52,977 nucleotides of DNA from assembly GCA_043819035.1 (NCBI GenBank), contig JBDRFD010000009.1, forward strand, positions 1 to 52,977, written 5' to 3'. The notes beneath the pieces are model-generated. The model was given only the letters and a program-made list of their open reading frames with translations, did not search any database and was not told where the DNA came from. Each line of letters opens with the position of its first letter. Within the stretch, counting starts at the first letter, position 1. Shown here in pieces: positions 45,885 to 52,977 of this stretch. This DNA is from Patescibacteria group bacterium. Its GTDB lineage: Bacteria > Patescibacteriota > Gracilibacteria > Peribacterales > Peribacteraceae. The position numbers and the translations under genes are program-made.

Positions 45885-47375
45885 ATGGTTACTGCAGCAA
45901 CAACGAACAAAATCATGGAAGACCTCCTGAAGGCTTCCCCTGCTATTATCCGTGTCCGACCGGGTGAACTTGTGGAGGGGGTGGTCGTTTTCCGTGGCAA
46001 GAACAAGCTCCTATTGGATATTGAAGGCGGATCGACAGGAATTGTCTCCGGTCGTGAATTGCGAGATTCCTTCAATACATTTAGAAATCTCCAATTGGGA
46101 GACAAAGTGAGCGCCATGGTACTCGAGGAAGAGAACAGCGAGGGGATGGTGGTGCTGAGCCTGCGCATGGCCAGCCAGCAAAAAGCATGGGATCGTTTCC
46201 ATGACTTGGTGGACGGCGAAAGGACGATGGAGTTTGTGCCACAGGAAGCAAACAAAGGAGGACTCCTGGCAAATATTGATGGTATTCGTACATTCCTTCC
46301 CGTCAGCCAACTTGCTCCCGTGCACTACCCGCGCGTGAATAATGCAGACGCCTCGGAGATCATTAATCGCCTCCTTAAGTACGTCGGTTACAGGTTCACC
46401 GTCAAAATTATCACAATGGATGAGGAAGCGGGGAAAATAGTCGTTTCCGAACGAGAAGCCATGTCAGAGGAACGTGCGAAATCATTCGAGAAACTCAAGA
46501 TCGGTGATGCGAAGGAAGGGGTGGTGACAGGTATCGTGAAGTTCGGTCTCTTTGTGGCCTTCGAAGGATTGGAGGGGCTTGTCCATATTTCAGAAATTGC
46601 ATGGGGCCATGTAAAAAATCCCGCAGAACTTGCCGAAGTGGGAGATAAAGTTACGGTAAAAATCATCGGCGTCGATAGCAACAAACTTTCCCTCTCCATA
46701 AAGCAACTTACCAAGGATCCCTGGGAAGAAATCGCCGAGCACTATCCGGTTGGGAAGAAAGTCTCCGGAACGGTGGTGCGCTTCGCGGACTACGGAGCCT
46801 TCATCAAGCTCGAAAAGGATATCAACGGACTCGTGCACCTTACGGAACTTGCTCACCACAAAGTCACCGATCCGTCTGAAGTTCTAACCATCGGGCAGAA
46901 ATTGGATGCACAGGTGATCAATATAGATGTGGACGAACGTCGTATCGGACTATCCATAAAAGCTCTTAAACCGATTGATAAAGAAACACTCGAGCGTATT
47001 AAAAAGGATCGCGAAGAGGAGGAGGCCAAGAAGAAGGAATCCGAGGGAAAGGAAGAAGAAAAAAAGAAAAAAATGGAATCTGAGAAAGCCGAGGAAGAAC
47101 CAACAGCAGCAGATGCAGAGCAGGCGTTCCAGCCTGCGGAACCAGAGGTATCCACGCCTGTGGGACCAGAGAAAAGTAAAACAGAGAAAAAGAAACCACC
47201 TACCAAGGAAAAGCCAGTTGAAGAAGTTCCATCAAAAGAAGGAACCTTCGTCGCTTCTAAGACCGGTAAGAAGTATTACGCAGTGGACTCTGCTCAAGGA
47301 AAGAAGATCAAAGAGGAAAACAGGGTTTACTTCAAAGATGAAAAGGAGGCAGAGAAGGGTGGGTATAGCAATTAG
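45885..47375 (+). CDS. rpsA: 30S ribosomal protein S1 (four S1 domains) with Lys/Glu-rich C-terminal extension
   Basis: Four repeats of the G..V.G.V......G.FV......G..H.SE pattern. The start is taken as ATG 45885 within ORF 45795-47375. The tail covers 46971-47375. Confidence 0.8.
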   Translation: MVTAATTNKIMEDLLKASPAIIRVRPGELVEGVVVFRGKNKLLLDIEGGSTGIVSGRELRDSFNTFRNLQLGDKVSAMVLEEENSEGMVVLSLRMASQQKAWDRFHDLVDGERTMEFVPQEANKGGLLANIDGIRTFLPVSQLAPVHYPRVNNADASEIINRLLKYVGYRFTVKIITMDEEAGKIVVSEREAMSEERAKSFEKLKIGDAKEGVVTGIVKFGLFVAFEGLEGLVHISEIAWGHVKNPAELAEVGDKVTVKIIGVDSNKLSLSIKQLTKDPWEEIAEHYPVGKKVSGTVVRFADYGAFIKLEKDINGLVHLTELAHHKVTDPSEVLTIGQKLDAQVINIDVDERRIGLSIKALKPIDKETLERIKKDREEEEAKKKESEGKEEEKKKKMESEKAEEEPTAADAEQAFQPAEPEVSTPVGPEKSKTEKKKPPTKEKPVEEVPSKEGTFVASKTGKKYYAVDSAQGKKIKEENRVYFKDEKEAEKGGYSN

Positions 47376-47379
47376 CTTG

Positions 47380-47409
47380 TTAGCAGTTAGCTAATTAGCT
47401 AACTGCTAA
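47380..47409. terminator. perfect 30-nt palindrome TTAGCAGTTAGCTAATTAGCTAACTGCTAA
   Basis: Verified as self-reverse-complementary. It lies between convergent rpsA (+) and the HIT gene (-). Confidence 0.7.
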
Positions 47410-47420
47410 TTGCTAACATG

Positions 47421-47762
47421 CTAATCTTTCAGCGTTTGCTCACTCAACAAATGCAAATGTAGAAAGAAGACCTCTTGCCCCCCACCTTTCCCAACGTGGA
47501 ACGTGAGTTTGTAGCCGTCAATCCCCTTCTCCTTTGCAAACATCTGAGCTTTACGGATAAGCATAAGCGGAACATGTTCAGTCTCGTCAGTTAAGTCTGC
47601 AATCGAAGGTACGAAGTCTTCCTCCTTTTTTGCAATGAGAAGTATGTGAGTCGGAGCCTTGGGATTTATGTCTTTGAAAATAAAAACATCCTCATCTTCG
47701 TAGACTGTGTCTGCTGGTATCTCTTTCCGCAGGATTTTGTGGAAGATAGTTTCATCATTCAT
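47421..47762 (-). CDS. HIT-family (histidine triad) nucleotide hydrolase
   Basis: ATG at 47762 (MNDETIFHKILRKEIPA..). Histidine triad HLHLHLL near the C-terminus. Confidence 0.85.
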   Translation of the reverse strand: MNDETIFHKILRKEIPADTVYEDEDVFIFKDINPKAPTHILLIAKKEEDFVPSIADLTDETEHVPLMLIRKAQMFAKEKGIDGYKLTFHVGKGGGQEVFFLHLHLLSEQTLKD

Positions 47763-47867
47763 GACATAATGTTGGAAAACCAATAATAAGATACACCCTG
47801 AGCGCAGTCGAAGGGTGGAAGATGGTGTCTTCGGGCATAACAAACCACATTGTATCACTTTTGATTA

Positions 47868-48012
47868 TGGATTGGATGGTTAGATGGCTCTAAAGAGGCA
47901 GCAGATCTGAATATCGCTTGCCACGGTCATTCGTGAATGACGTGGCTTGCGAACCATCCAATCCTTCAACTTCGTTCAGGACAAGCCATCCAACCATCCA
48001 GCCATCCAAACC
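47868..48012. repeat. compound hairpin of 8-nt ATGG/CCAT words (same family as 14292-14373)
   Basis: Shares the core CTTGCC..CTTGCGAACCATCC with 14330-14350, with an extra inner hairpin ACGGTCATTCGTGAATGACGTGG. It lies in a divergent gap. Confidence 0.55.
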
Positions 48013-48050
48013 ATTGACTTTTCAGCTAAAAAGAGAGAAAATATATACAC

Positions 48051-48548
48051 ATGGGAACAAATCCCTCCCCTGAAAAAGGCAAATCACTCTCGCAGTCTAC
48101 CGAGCATCAAAGCGCTTTGATTGTGGAACAACCACACAAGCTTGAGGGGCTTCTGGAGACTATTACGCTGCTCGATAAAATTAGCGAACGCAGTGGTGAG
48201 GATCGATCCGGTGATTTGGGTGGCGCAGGTGCAGGTGCGGTAGCTGCTGGCGCACAAGCGCAAGCAGGGCAATCTGCACGTGATCAGGCGATTGCCAATC
48301 TCCCGAAAGAACTTGTGCTACGCAAACAACTTGCTCGGCATATCGAAAAGGAAGTAAAAACACTCAGGAAAGAAGTCCGCCGCGCAACACGGCGTGTGTC
48401 CAAACCCGGAGCAGCGCATAATTTAAATGACCTTTACGCGCGCATTCGAAGACTTAACTCACTCCTCGCGACAATTCTGGAGGCATCGTACGAAGTTGTG
48501 AAGAGGCTCTTTATTCGAGTGTTTATTGATAAGCAACCAATACTTTAG
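48051..48548 (+). CDS. hypothetical protein (165 aa)
   Basis: ORF with a Gly/Ala-rich linker and a basic helical C-terminus. No motif recognised. Confidence 0.45.
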   Translation: MGTNPSPEKGKSLSQSTEHQSALIVEQPHKLEGLLETITLLDKISERSGEDRSGDLGGAGAGAVAAGAQAQAGQSARDQAIANLPKELVLRKQLARHIEKEVKTLRKEVRRATRRVSKPGAAHNLNDLYARIRRLNSLLATILEASYEVVKRLFIRVFIDKQPIL

Positions 48549-48550
48549 AA

Positions 48551-48710
48551 AAAGGTTATAGGTTTTAGGTTTAATAGGTTTGGGGAATAGGTTACTAGGT
48601 TAAAGGTTAATATTTCCAAACTTTTTCTGACCTGTTCCCTGAAAACCTCGTAACCCAAACCTAATCACCTAAAACCTATAACCATTTAAATACTAATCAC
48701 CTAACACCTT
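48551..48710 (+). mobile_element. MITE-like hairpin element, copy 4 (variant lacking the central GC palindrome)
   Basis: AAGGTTATAGGTTTTAGGTTTAATAGGTTTGGGG ... CCCAAACCTAATCACCTAAAACCTATAACC. Confidence 0.6.
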
Positions 48711-48717
48711 CAGGTTT

Positions 48718-49005
48718 TCACCTTCCAAACCCATTCATCTGTGACACTTCTTCTATGCGCTTAATAATTTGCGTTACAAAATCCCCAATGAGCGGAACCC
48801 ATTCTATCCACTGAAAGAGCCAGACGATTACCGGAATGACGATGGCAATGGCGAAAAGAATGCCCAAGCCATACATCACACCGCGCAAAAAGAAGATACT
48901 GAGATTCTTCCCCGAACGAACCATTAATGATCGTTCAGAAAAATCGTGAAAGGCATCAGTGAGTGATTCGAGGGATTTGATAAGCTTTTCTTCTTGAGAA
49001 GGCAT
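48718..49005 (-). CDS. small membrane protein (95 aa)
   Basis: Two adjacent hydrophobic helices (GVMYGLGILFAIAIVIPVIVWLF). Confidence 0.45.
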   Translation of the reverse strand: MPSQEEKLIKSLESLTDAFHDFSERSLMVRSGKNLSIFFLRGVMYGLGILFAIAIVIPVIVWLFQWIEWVPLIGDFVTQIIKRIEEVSQMNGFGR

Positions 49006-49031
49006 GGCAGAGAAAGGAACCGGGGTGAGAA

Positions 49032-49280
49032 TTACTTCTTCTTAGACTTCTTCTTGGAAGATTTATTGTCTTTCTCGATGTACTCCATCACCCACTGCAA
49101 AATATGGTCCGCCATCGAAATCGGCTTCATCACCGTATCCTCTATCTGTCGGGTGACATCATTCACCCTCCGCATAGTTTTCCTGAGGTCCACTGTGATA
49201 AATAACCCGTGATACAAAATGATTAGCAGAAAAATAACCGCTGCAATCTGCAGAACAGTGAGGACTTGATCCATGGTCAT
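49032..49280 (-). CDS. small N-terminally anchored membrane protein with Lys-rich tail
   Basis: VLTVLQIAAVIFLLIILYHGLFI TM helix. The C-terminus is KKKSKKK. Confidence 0.45.
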   Translation of the reverse strand: MTMDQVLTVLQIAAVIFLLIILYHGLFITVDLRKTMRRVNDVTRQIEDTVMKPISMADHILQWVMEYIEKDNKSSKKKSKKK

Positions 49281-49327
49281 AGTGCAAACGAGGAAGTGTA
49301 GAATGTATGTTACCGCTATCCTTTTCC

Positions 49328-49624
49328 ATGCGCAAATTTCTTCTTTTCATATGGCATATCCCTCGCAATAGCATTGCATTCCTGATCACCTGCTACCAGC
49401 ACACGCTCTCGCCCGATCACGGTCCGCTCAAAGAGCTCTTTGCGTACGGCTATTGCCGTCATGAGCCGACGTGCAGTGAGTATGGGAAGAGAGCAATCCG
49501 GGATCGCGGAGTGATTGTTGGGGTGCTGCTTCTTTCAAAGAGACTGTTGACGTGCCACCCGTGGAGGAAACCGAGCTCAGAAAAGATTCTGAAAACCTCT
49601 CTGAAATCTTCACAAGACGGCTAA
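49328..49624 (+). CDS. yidD: membrane protein insertion efficiency factor YidD
   Basis: CYQ...SP.....CR..PTCSEY...A....G...G..L...R...CHP signature. Confidence 0.8.
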   Translation: MRKFLLFIWHIPRNSIAFLITCYQHTLSPDHGPLKELFAYGYCRHEPTCSEYGKRAIRDRGVIVGVLLLSKRLLTCHPWRKPSSEKILKTSLKSSQDG

Positions 49625-49661
49625 ACCTAAGTATCCTTCTTCAAGATTTGCTCTTTCCATC

Positions 49662-49736
49662 GCGGGCGTCGTATAACGGTTATTACTCCAGCCTTCCAAG
49701 CTGGTGATGGCGGTTCGATTCCGCTCGCCCGCTCCA
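49662..49736 (+). tRNA. tRNA-Gly (UCC), CCA encoded
   Basis: Acceptor GCGGGCG/CGCCCGC, anticodon arm CCAGC-CTTCCAA-GCTGG, T arm GGCGG-TTCGATT-CCGCT, discriminator U. Confidence 0.85.
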
Positions 49737-49771
49737 TTGACATAAACACAATTTAATATTATTTTGCAGTT

Positions 49772-50875
49772 ATGAATAACCATCTGGATCAAGAACAGCT
49801 GCCATGGGACGAATCGAAACTGGCGGATTACGATGGCTTTGCAATAGTCGCACTGGATACATTCCTGGAAGACAATGAGCTATATAAGCATGAACGAAGT
49901 GTTCTCGTTGGTAATAAACATACGGGAACAATTATTCCAGGCCTTGGTTCTGTGCAGCTTGCATGGGCTAGGTATGAAAAAGAACTACAAGATAGCTGGC
50001 AAGATACCATTGGGCATATCCAAGATAATAGTTTAACTTCTTGGATAAGACATTCAGATATTGAAACAGCGCTTCTTGAAAAGATCGATCACGACACAGC
50101 GCAGCTTATTCTAGAAGGAAGGCTACGTGTGATTGCTCTGCTCCGCACTCGCGGTGGACTTGGTAGACATGTGCGTCAACTTGCAGGCGCATTAGCTCAT
50201 TGGTCAGAAAAAAAAGGTAAGGTCGGAATCGTCTGTTCGGAATATGCTGCCAGTGGGGGGGCAAGTCTTGCTCTTCTTCCTGCAAGGGAGAACAGATATT
50301 GTACGCCAGACACAGATCTCATGTTCCATCAAGGAGAGACTGGATTAGGACAGTTAATGCCAAAGGGAATACGTGTATTCGAAAGCAGAATGTTGCAACA
50401 ACTTCTTGCAACTTTTAATCAAGAAACACAGGATTTACCAAAGGGATTGCAGGAGCAACTTCGTGAAAAACTAATGGATGCAATTCAAAATCCATTTGAC
50501 CAAGTACCCGTTCGTTTCAATGATTCCGAGCTACAGCACTTCAGGATGATTTCCAATCGAGTGACATTCGACGATCTTGCATTGCTGTTCGAAGGAGAAC
50601 TTGGAATAGAGATGAAGCAGAACCCAGAATGCAATCCCATGAAGAGATTCATTGAACTCGCACGTATTCAACATGATGTACGAATGCAATTTGGCTTACA
50701 GCCCTGGAATATCACATTGGATTGGCAGTTTCGCCCTGACAAGCACCTGGGGAAATTGCACGCATTTTCCTATCACTCAATGGAACCTCCTGAAGTGGAG
50801 AAAAATGCAGTACGTGCATGGAATGCAATGGTACCTCTTCTGTTGGAAGCTGGATTCGATGCTTCGACTGATTGA
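49772..50875 (+). CDS. protein with central ClpP/S14-like serine peptidase motif pair, otherwise unknown
   Basis: EYAASGGASLALLPARENRYCTPDTDLMFHQGE parallels the ClpP pattern G.AAS.G..LL.AG..G.R......I.IHQP (candidate Ser and His). The flanking ~140-aa regions are unrecognised. Confidence 0.4.
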   Translation: MNNHLDQEQLPWDESKLADYDGFAIVALDTFLEDNELYKHERSVLVGNKHTGTIIPGLGSVQLAWARYEKELQDSWQDTIGHIQDNSLTSWIRHSDIETALLEKIDHDTAQLILEGRLRVIALLRTRGGLGRHVRQLAGALAHWSEKKGKVGIVCSEYAASGGASLALLPARENRYCTPDTDLMFHQGETGLGQLMPKGIRVFESRMLQQLLATFNQETQDLPKGLQEQLREKLMDAIQNPFDQVPVRFNDSELQHFRMISNRVTFDDLALLFEGELGIEMKQNPECNPMKRFIELARIQHDVRMQFGLQPWNITLDWQFRPDKHLGKLHAFSYHSMEPPEVEKNAVRAWNAMVPLLLEAGFDASTD

Positions 50876-51034
50876 TGTATTACAAACTGAACTCCCAATT
50901 TAACATTGATATTGAAGGCAACTCTATTGATTAGGTTACTGATGAAGTCCCCATGGACACAAACTCCTAGGTACACCAGTATTGAGTTGTAATAACATCC
51001 AGCCACCTGCTCCACTTAACATCAAACAATTGCC

Positions 51035-51427
51035 TTATATTACATTCAGATTCGCAATATCGATTACAAGAGACCTCATCATAAGAAATAATGCCGTACA
51101 AATAATAACAGTAATGAAGAGGGCAATAATTTGATACCACCAATATGAAAAATGCTTCTTGAGTATTCTTTCAAAGAAAATGGTAACAGGAATTTGAACA
51201 TGAAGACCGATCATCAATACAGATATGGCTAAAAATATCCAAGCTGCAATATGTCCGGTCTCCTCTCGCAGATATTCCAAGGTGCCTATGATTGCTAGCC
51301 ACCCCAATAGCTGAAACCAAAATTTGGATATTGTTTTGACTCCTGACTTAGTCCATTCATAAAATTCTTCGTCAAGAGACCTCTTGTGTACAAATATCCC
51401 CCTTATTTTTGATAGAATCTTCCGCAT
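51035..51427 (-). CDS. membrane protein (3 TM), unknown function
   Basis: 130-aa ORF with three hydrophobic helices. A+T-rich. Confidence 0.4.
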   Translation of the reverse strand: MRKILSKIRGIFVHKRSLDEEFYEWTKSGVKTISKFWFQLLGWLAIIGTLEYLREETGHIAAWIFLAISVLMIGLHVQIPVTIFFERILKKHFSYWWYQIIALFITVIICTALFLMMRSLVIDIANLNVI

Positions 51428-51644
51428 ACCTCAATTATAGCTCTTTTCCTCTGCATTTTCCTTAGCAGCAAGAAGAACCACCCCCTTAACTAGAAAGCTC
51501 GAACTTTTCTGTGATAAGCTCTAGTAAGGAGCTCCACTGAGTTTATGACTTATACAAGCCTTTTTTTATACTGGTAAGTAGAAATATGACTAAATCAATA
51601 ATTCAAGTGACTTATTTAAGTATGTACAGTAAATTAGTGACGAT

Positions 51645-51833
51645 ATGATTTTTTCAAGGAAAAATGCAGGCAAGTGGGTAGCGAGCAAAGGCGATAGAAT
51701 AATCGCTACAGGTCGCAAGCTGGACACAGTAGCAAAAAAGGTGGAGTCTAGGAAAGATAAGAAGGAGATTCGATTTGACTTGGTTCCGCCAAATTCATAC
51801 TTCGCAGGTACAAGTGGAATTTTCATACGTTAA
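51645..51833 (+). CDS. small protein resembling DUF5678-type domain (recollection, needs HMM check)
   Basis: 62 aa with the pattern GKWVA..GD.IIATG..L..V..KV. It overlaps the next gene. Confidence 0.35.
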   Translation: MIFSRKNAGKWVASKGDRIIATGRKLDTVAKKVESRKDKKEIRFDLVPPNSYFAGTSGIFIR

Positions 51834-52239
51834 ATGTGAGGCCGGTCATGGATTTTCATATAGACCGCAATTACCGATCACTTTTTCGTATGGCGATAAA
51901 AGTCTTTCTATAGGACATGCATTGGTTGATACAGGATCCGATCTTTCTATTGTTCCATTACAGATAGCTCATTATTTGCATATTGAACTTGATGATACAA
52001 AGAAGGTTACTGTCGATTGCGCTGGTGGTGGAAGATTTACTGCAATGCCATCTCAGAAGAAGATCGGGTATGCCATTGAACAGGAAGGATATCGTCCGAT
52101 CAAATGGAAAGGGACAGTATATTTTGCAGAAGATGAGCCTGTGGTATTACTTGGGCATCATCAATGTCTGGAAAAGTTTGACTTAACTTTTCAGGGGCCA
52201 GAGAAGAAACTTGGAGTAATGCCTCGATTTAAGATTTAA
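51814..52239 (+). CDS. retropepsin-like (clan AA) aspartic peptidase
   Basis: ALVDTGSDLSIVP contains the D-T-G catalytic signature with a hydrophobic context. The GTG at 51814 is the plausible start within ORF 51775-52239. Confidence 0.55.
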   Translation: MEFSYVKCEAGHGFSYRPQLPITFSYGDKSLSIGHALVDTGSDLSIVPLQIAHYLHIELDDTKKVTVDCAGGGRFTAMPSQKKIGYAIEQEGYRPIKWKGTVYFAEDEPVVLLGHHQCLEKFDLTFQGPEKKLGVMPRFKI

Positions 52240-52244
52240 TGCAT

Positions 52245-52351
52245 ATGCCAAAATACTACTTTTAACAGGGCCAGGTGGTTCTGGTAAAACAACAATTGCT
52301 CAGATATCCATTTTTTTGTACTTTATTTTTACAAATACTCTATTTAGATAA
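52245..52351 (+). pseudogene. decayed 5' fragment of a P-loop NTPase gene
   Basis: ATGCCAAAA then, after a 1-nt frame slip in the A-run, KILLLTGPGGSGKTTIAQ (Walker A), ending at a stop at 52349-52351. No intact ORF. Confidence 0.35.
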
Positions 52352-52398
52352 TCTAGCATTTCTATAAAATATGTCTACTTAAATCATTCAAACACCGT

Positions 52399-52782
52399 AT
52401 GACAAGACCTGATGAAATTGATTTTGGATTTACCCATGATGATAAGAAGTTATGGGATTTAAATATTCCCACAGAAGAAATTTCTATTGATGAGCTTGAG
52501 CACAATCTTGATATTGCGTATCTCGAAAAGGATGGAACTAATGATTGGAATTTAACACTACAGGAATTGATAGATGCACCAGAGCAACAGCCGGAACATT
52601 ATGCTGTAATTAAGCATGTTGATATGCAATTTCCAATAGAGATTTACTTCTTTAAAGGATCTTGGAAAATTCTTGATGGAACTCACAGATATTGCCGTGC
52701 CGTCATGGAAGGAATGAAGACAATATTTGTTAGGAAAATCCCTGACAATATGATTCCTCAGATCCTCAAGGGAGCGTCATGA
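52399..52782 (+). CDS. ParB/Srx-fold (ParB-like nuclease domain) protein, tentative
   Basis: WKILDGTHRYCRAVMEGMKTIFVRKIP resembles the DGxHR core of ParB-like domains. Confidence 0.35.
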   Translation: MTRPDEIDFGFTHDDKKLWDLNIPTEEISIDELEHNLDIAYLEKDGTNDWNLTLQELIDAPEQQPEHYAVIKHVDMQFPIEIYFFKGSWKILDGTHRYCRAVMEGMKTIFVRKIPDNMIPQILKGAS

Positions 52783-52839
52783 AGAGTATTAGCAATAAAA
52801 GATAAGATGAGGGGAAAATTGATGTCACATATCGTTTAA

Positions 52840-52977
52840 CGGCGCGGCTGATCCGAAGTGCCCGTCGAGCCGTCTGTGCCCGCAGGCACAGGAAAGGCGA
52901 GACGGGGATTTCGGATAGCCAGTGTTCGACGAAGTCACTCGTACGCTTCAGCGTCATGACTGAGGAGAACACGAGGC
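52840..52977. other. abrupt GC-rich structured segment truncated by the window end
   Basis: CCGTCT-GTGCC-CGCA-GGCAC-AGGAAAGGCG-AGACGG nested helices. Composition shifts sharply from the A+T-rich flank. The only ORF is a 68-aa antisense one. Confidence 0.3.

Noticed and set aside
51775-51833. Programmed frameshift fusing the 62-aa ORF to the retropepsin-like ORF
   Set aside because: No slippery heptamer or downstream pseudoknot is evident in the overlap. An in-frame GTG at 51814 with an upstream AGG gives a normal-sized peptidase.
1-52977. Alternative genetic code (UGA recoded), as in some CPR lineages
   Set aside because: Full-length, motif-complete genes end at TGA (for example the hydrolase at 3946-3948 and the DksA-like gene at 491-493). 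No conserved gene is interrupted by in-frame TGA.

Overview
This 52,977-bp window is gene-dense and reads like chromosome from a small-genome bacterium, probably CPR/Patescibacteria-like. That assignment is an inference from gene content. The genetic code is standard: TGA terminates full-length genes.

Housekeeping genes recognised from motifs: argS, metG, fmt, ruvB, rplK, rplA, rpsA, clpC-type AAA+ chaperone, dus, tatD, yidD, a purF-like gene, an nrnA-like DHH phosphoesterase, a HIT protein and a DksA/TraR zinc finger. A cell-wall cluster holds a MurF-like ligase with a membrane N-domain, a DegT-family aminotransferase and a FemAB-family transferase. There are five tRNAs, all with encoded CCA: Gly-GCC, Gly-CCC, Gly-UCC, Arg-CCG and Lys-UUU.

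Unusual content:
1. A dispersed type-IV-secretion-like gene set. It comprises an operon of three VirB2/TrbC-like pilin paralogs, a fourth pilin gene, a VirB4-like ATPase next to a lipoprotein, and a PrgI-like gene plus a VirB4-N-domain-like gene 28 kb away. No relaxase, coupling protein or VirB6 is seen.
2. Nearly every intergenic gap carries a hairpin built from short periodic words, mostly 7 nt, with one 8-nt and one 9-nt family. The same words also occur in frame inside enzymes.
3. A roughly 165-bp MITE-like hairpin element is present in four copies, two of them bracketing a four-helix-bundle gene.
4. tRNA 3'-end duplications and near-identical 133-bp repeats flank a small GIY-YIG gene.
5. 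An A+T-rich accessory tail follows tRNA-Gly(UCC). It carries a ClpP-like domain protein, a small-protein/retropepsin-like pair, a ParB-like protein, a decayed P-loop gene and a GC-rich structured segment cut by the window end.

No rRNA, CRISPR array, integrase or transposase was found. All family assignments come from motif recognition by eye and need HMM or BLAST confirmation.
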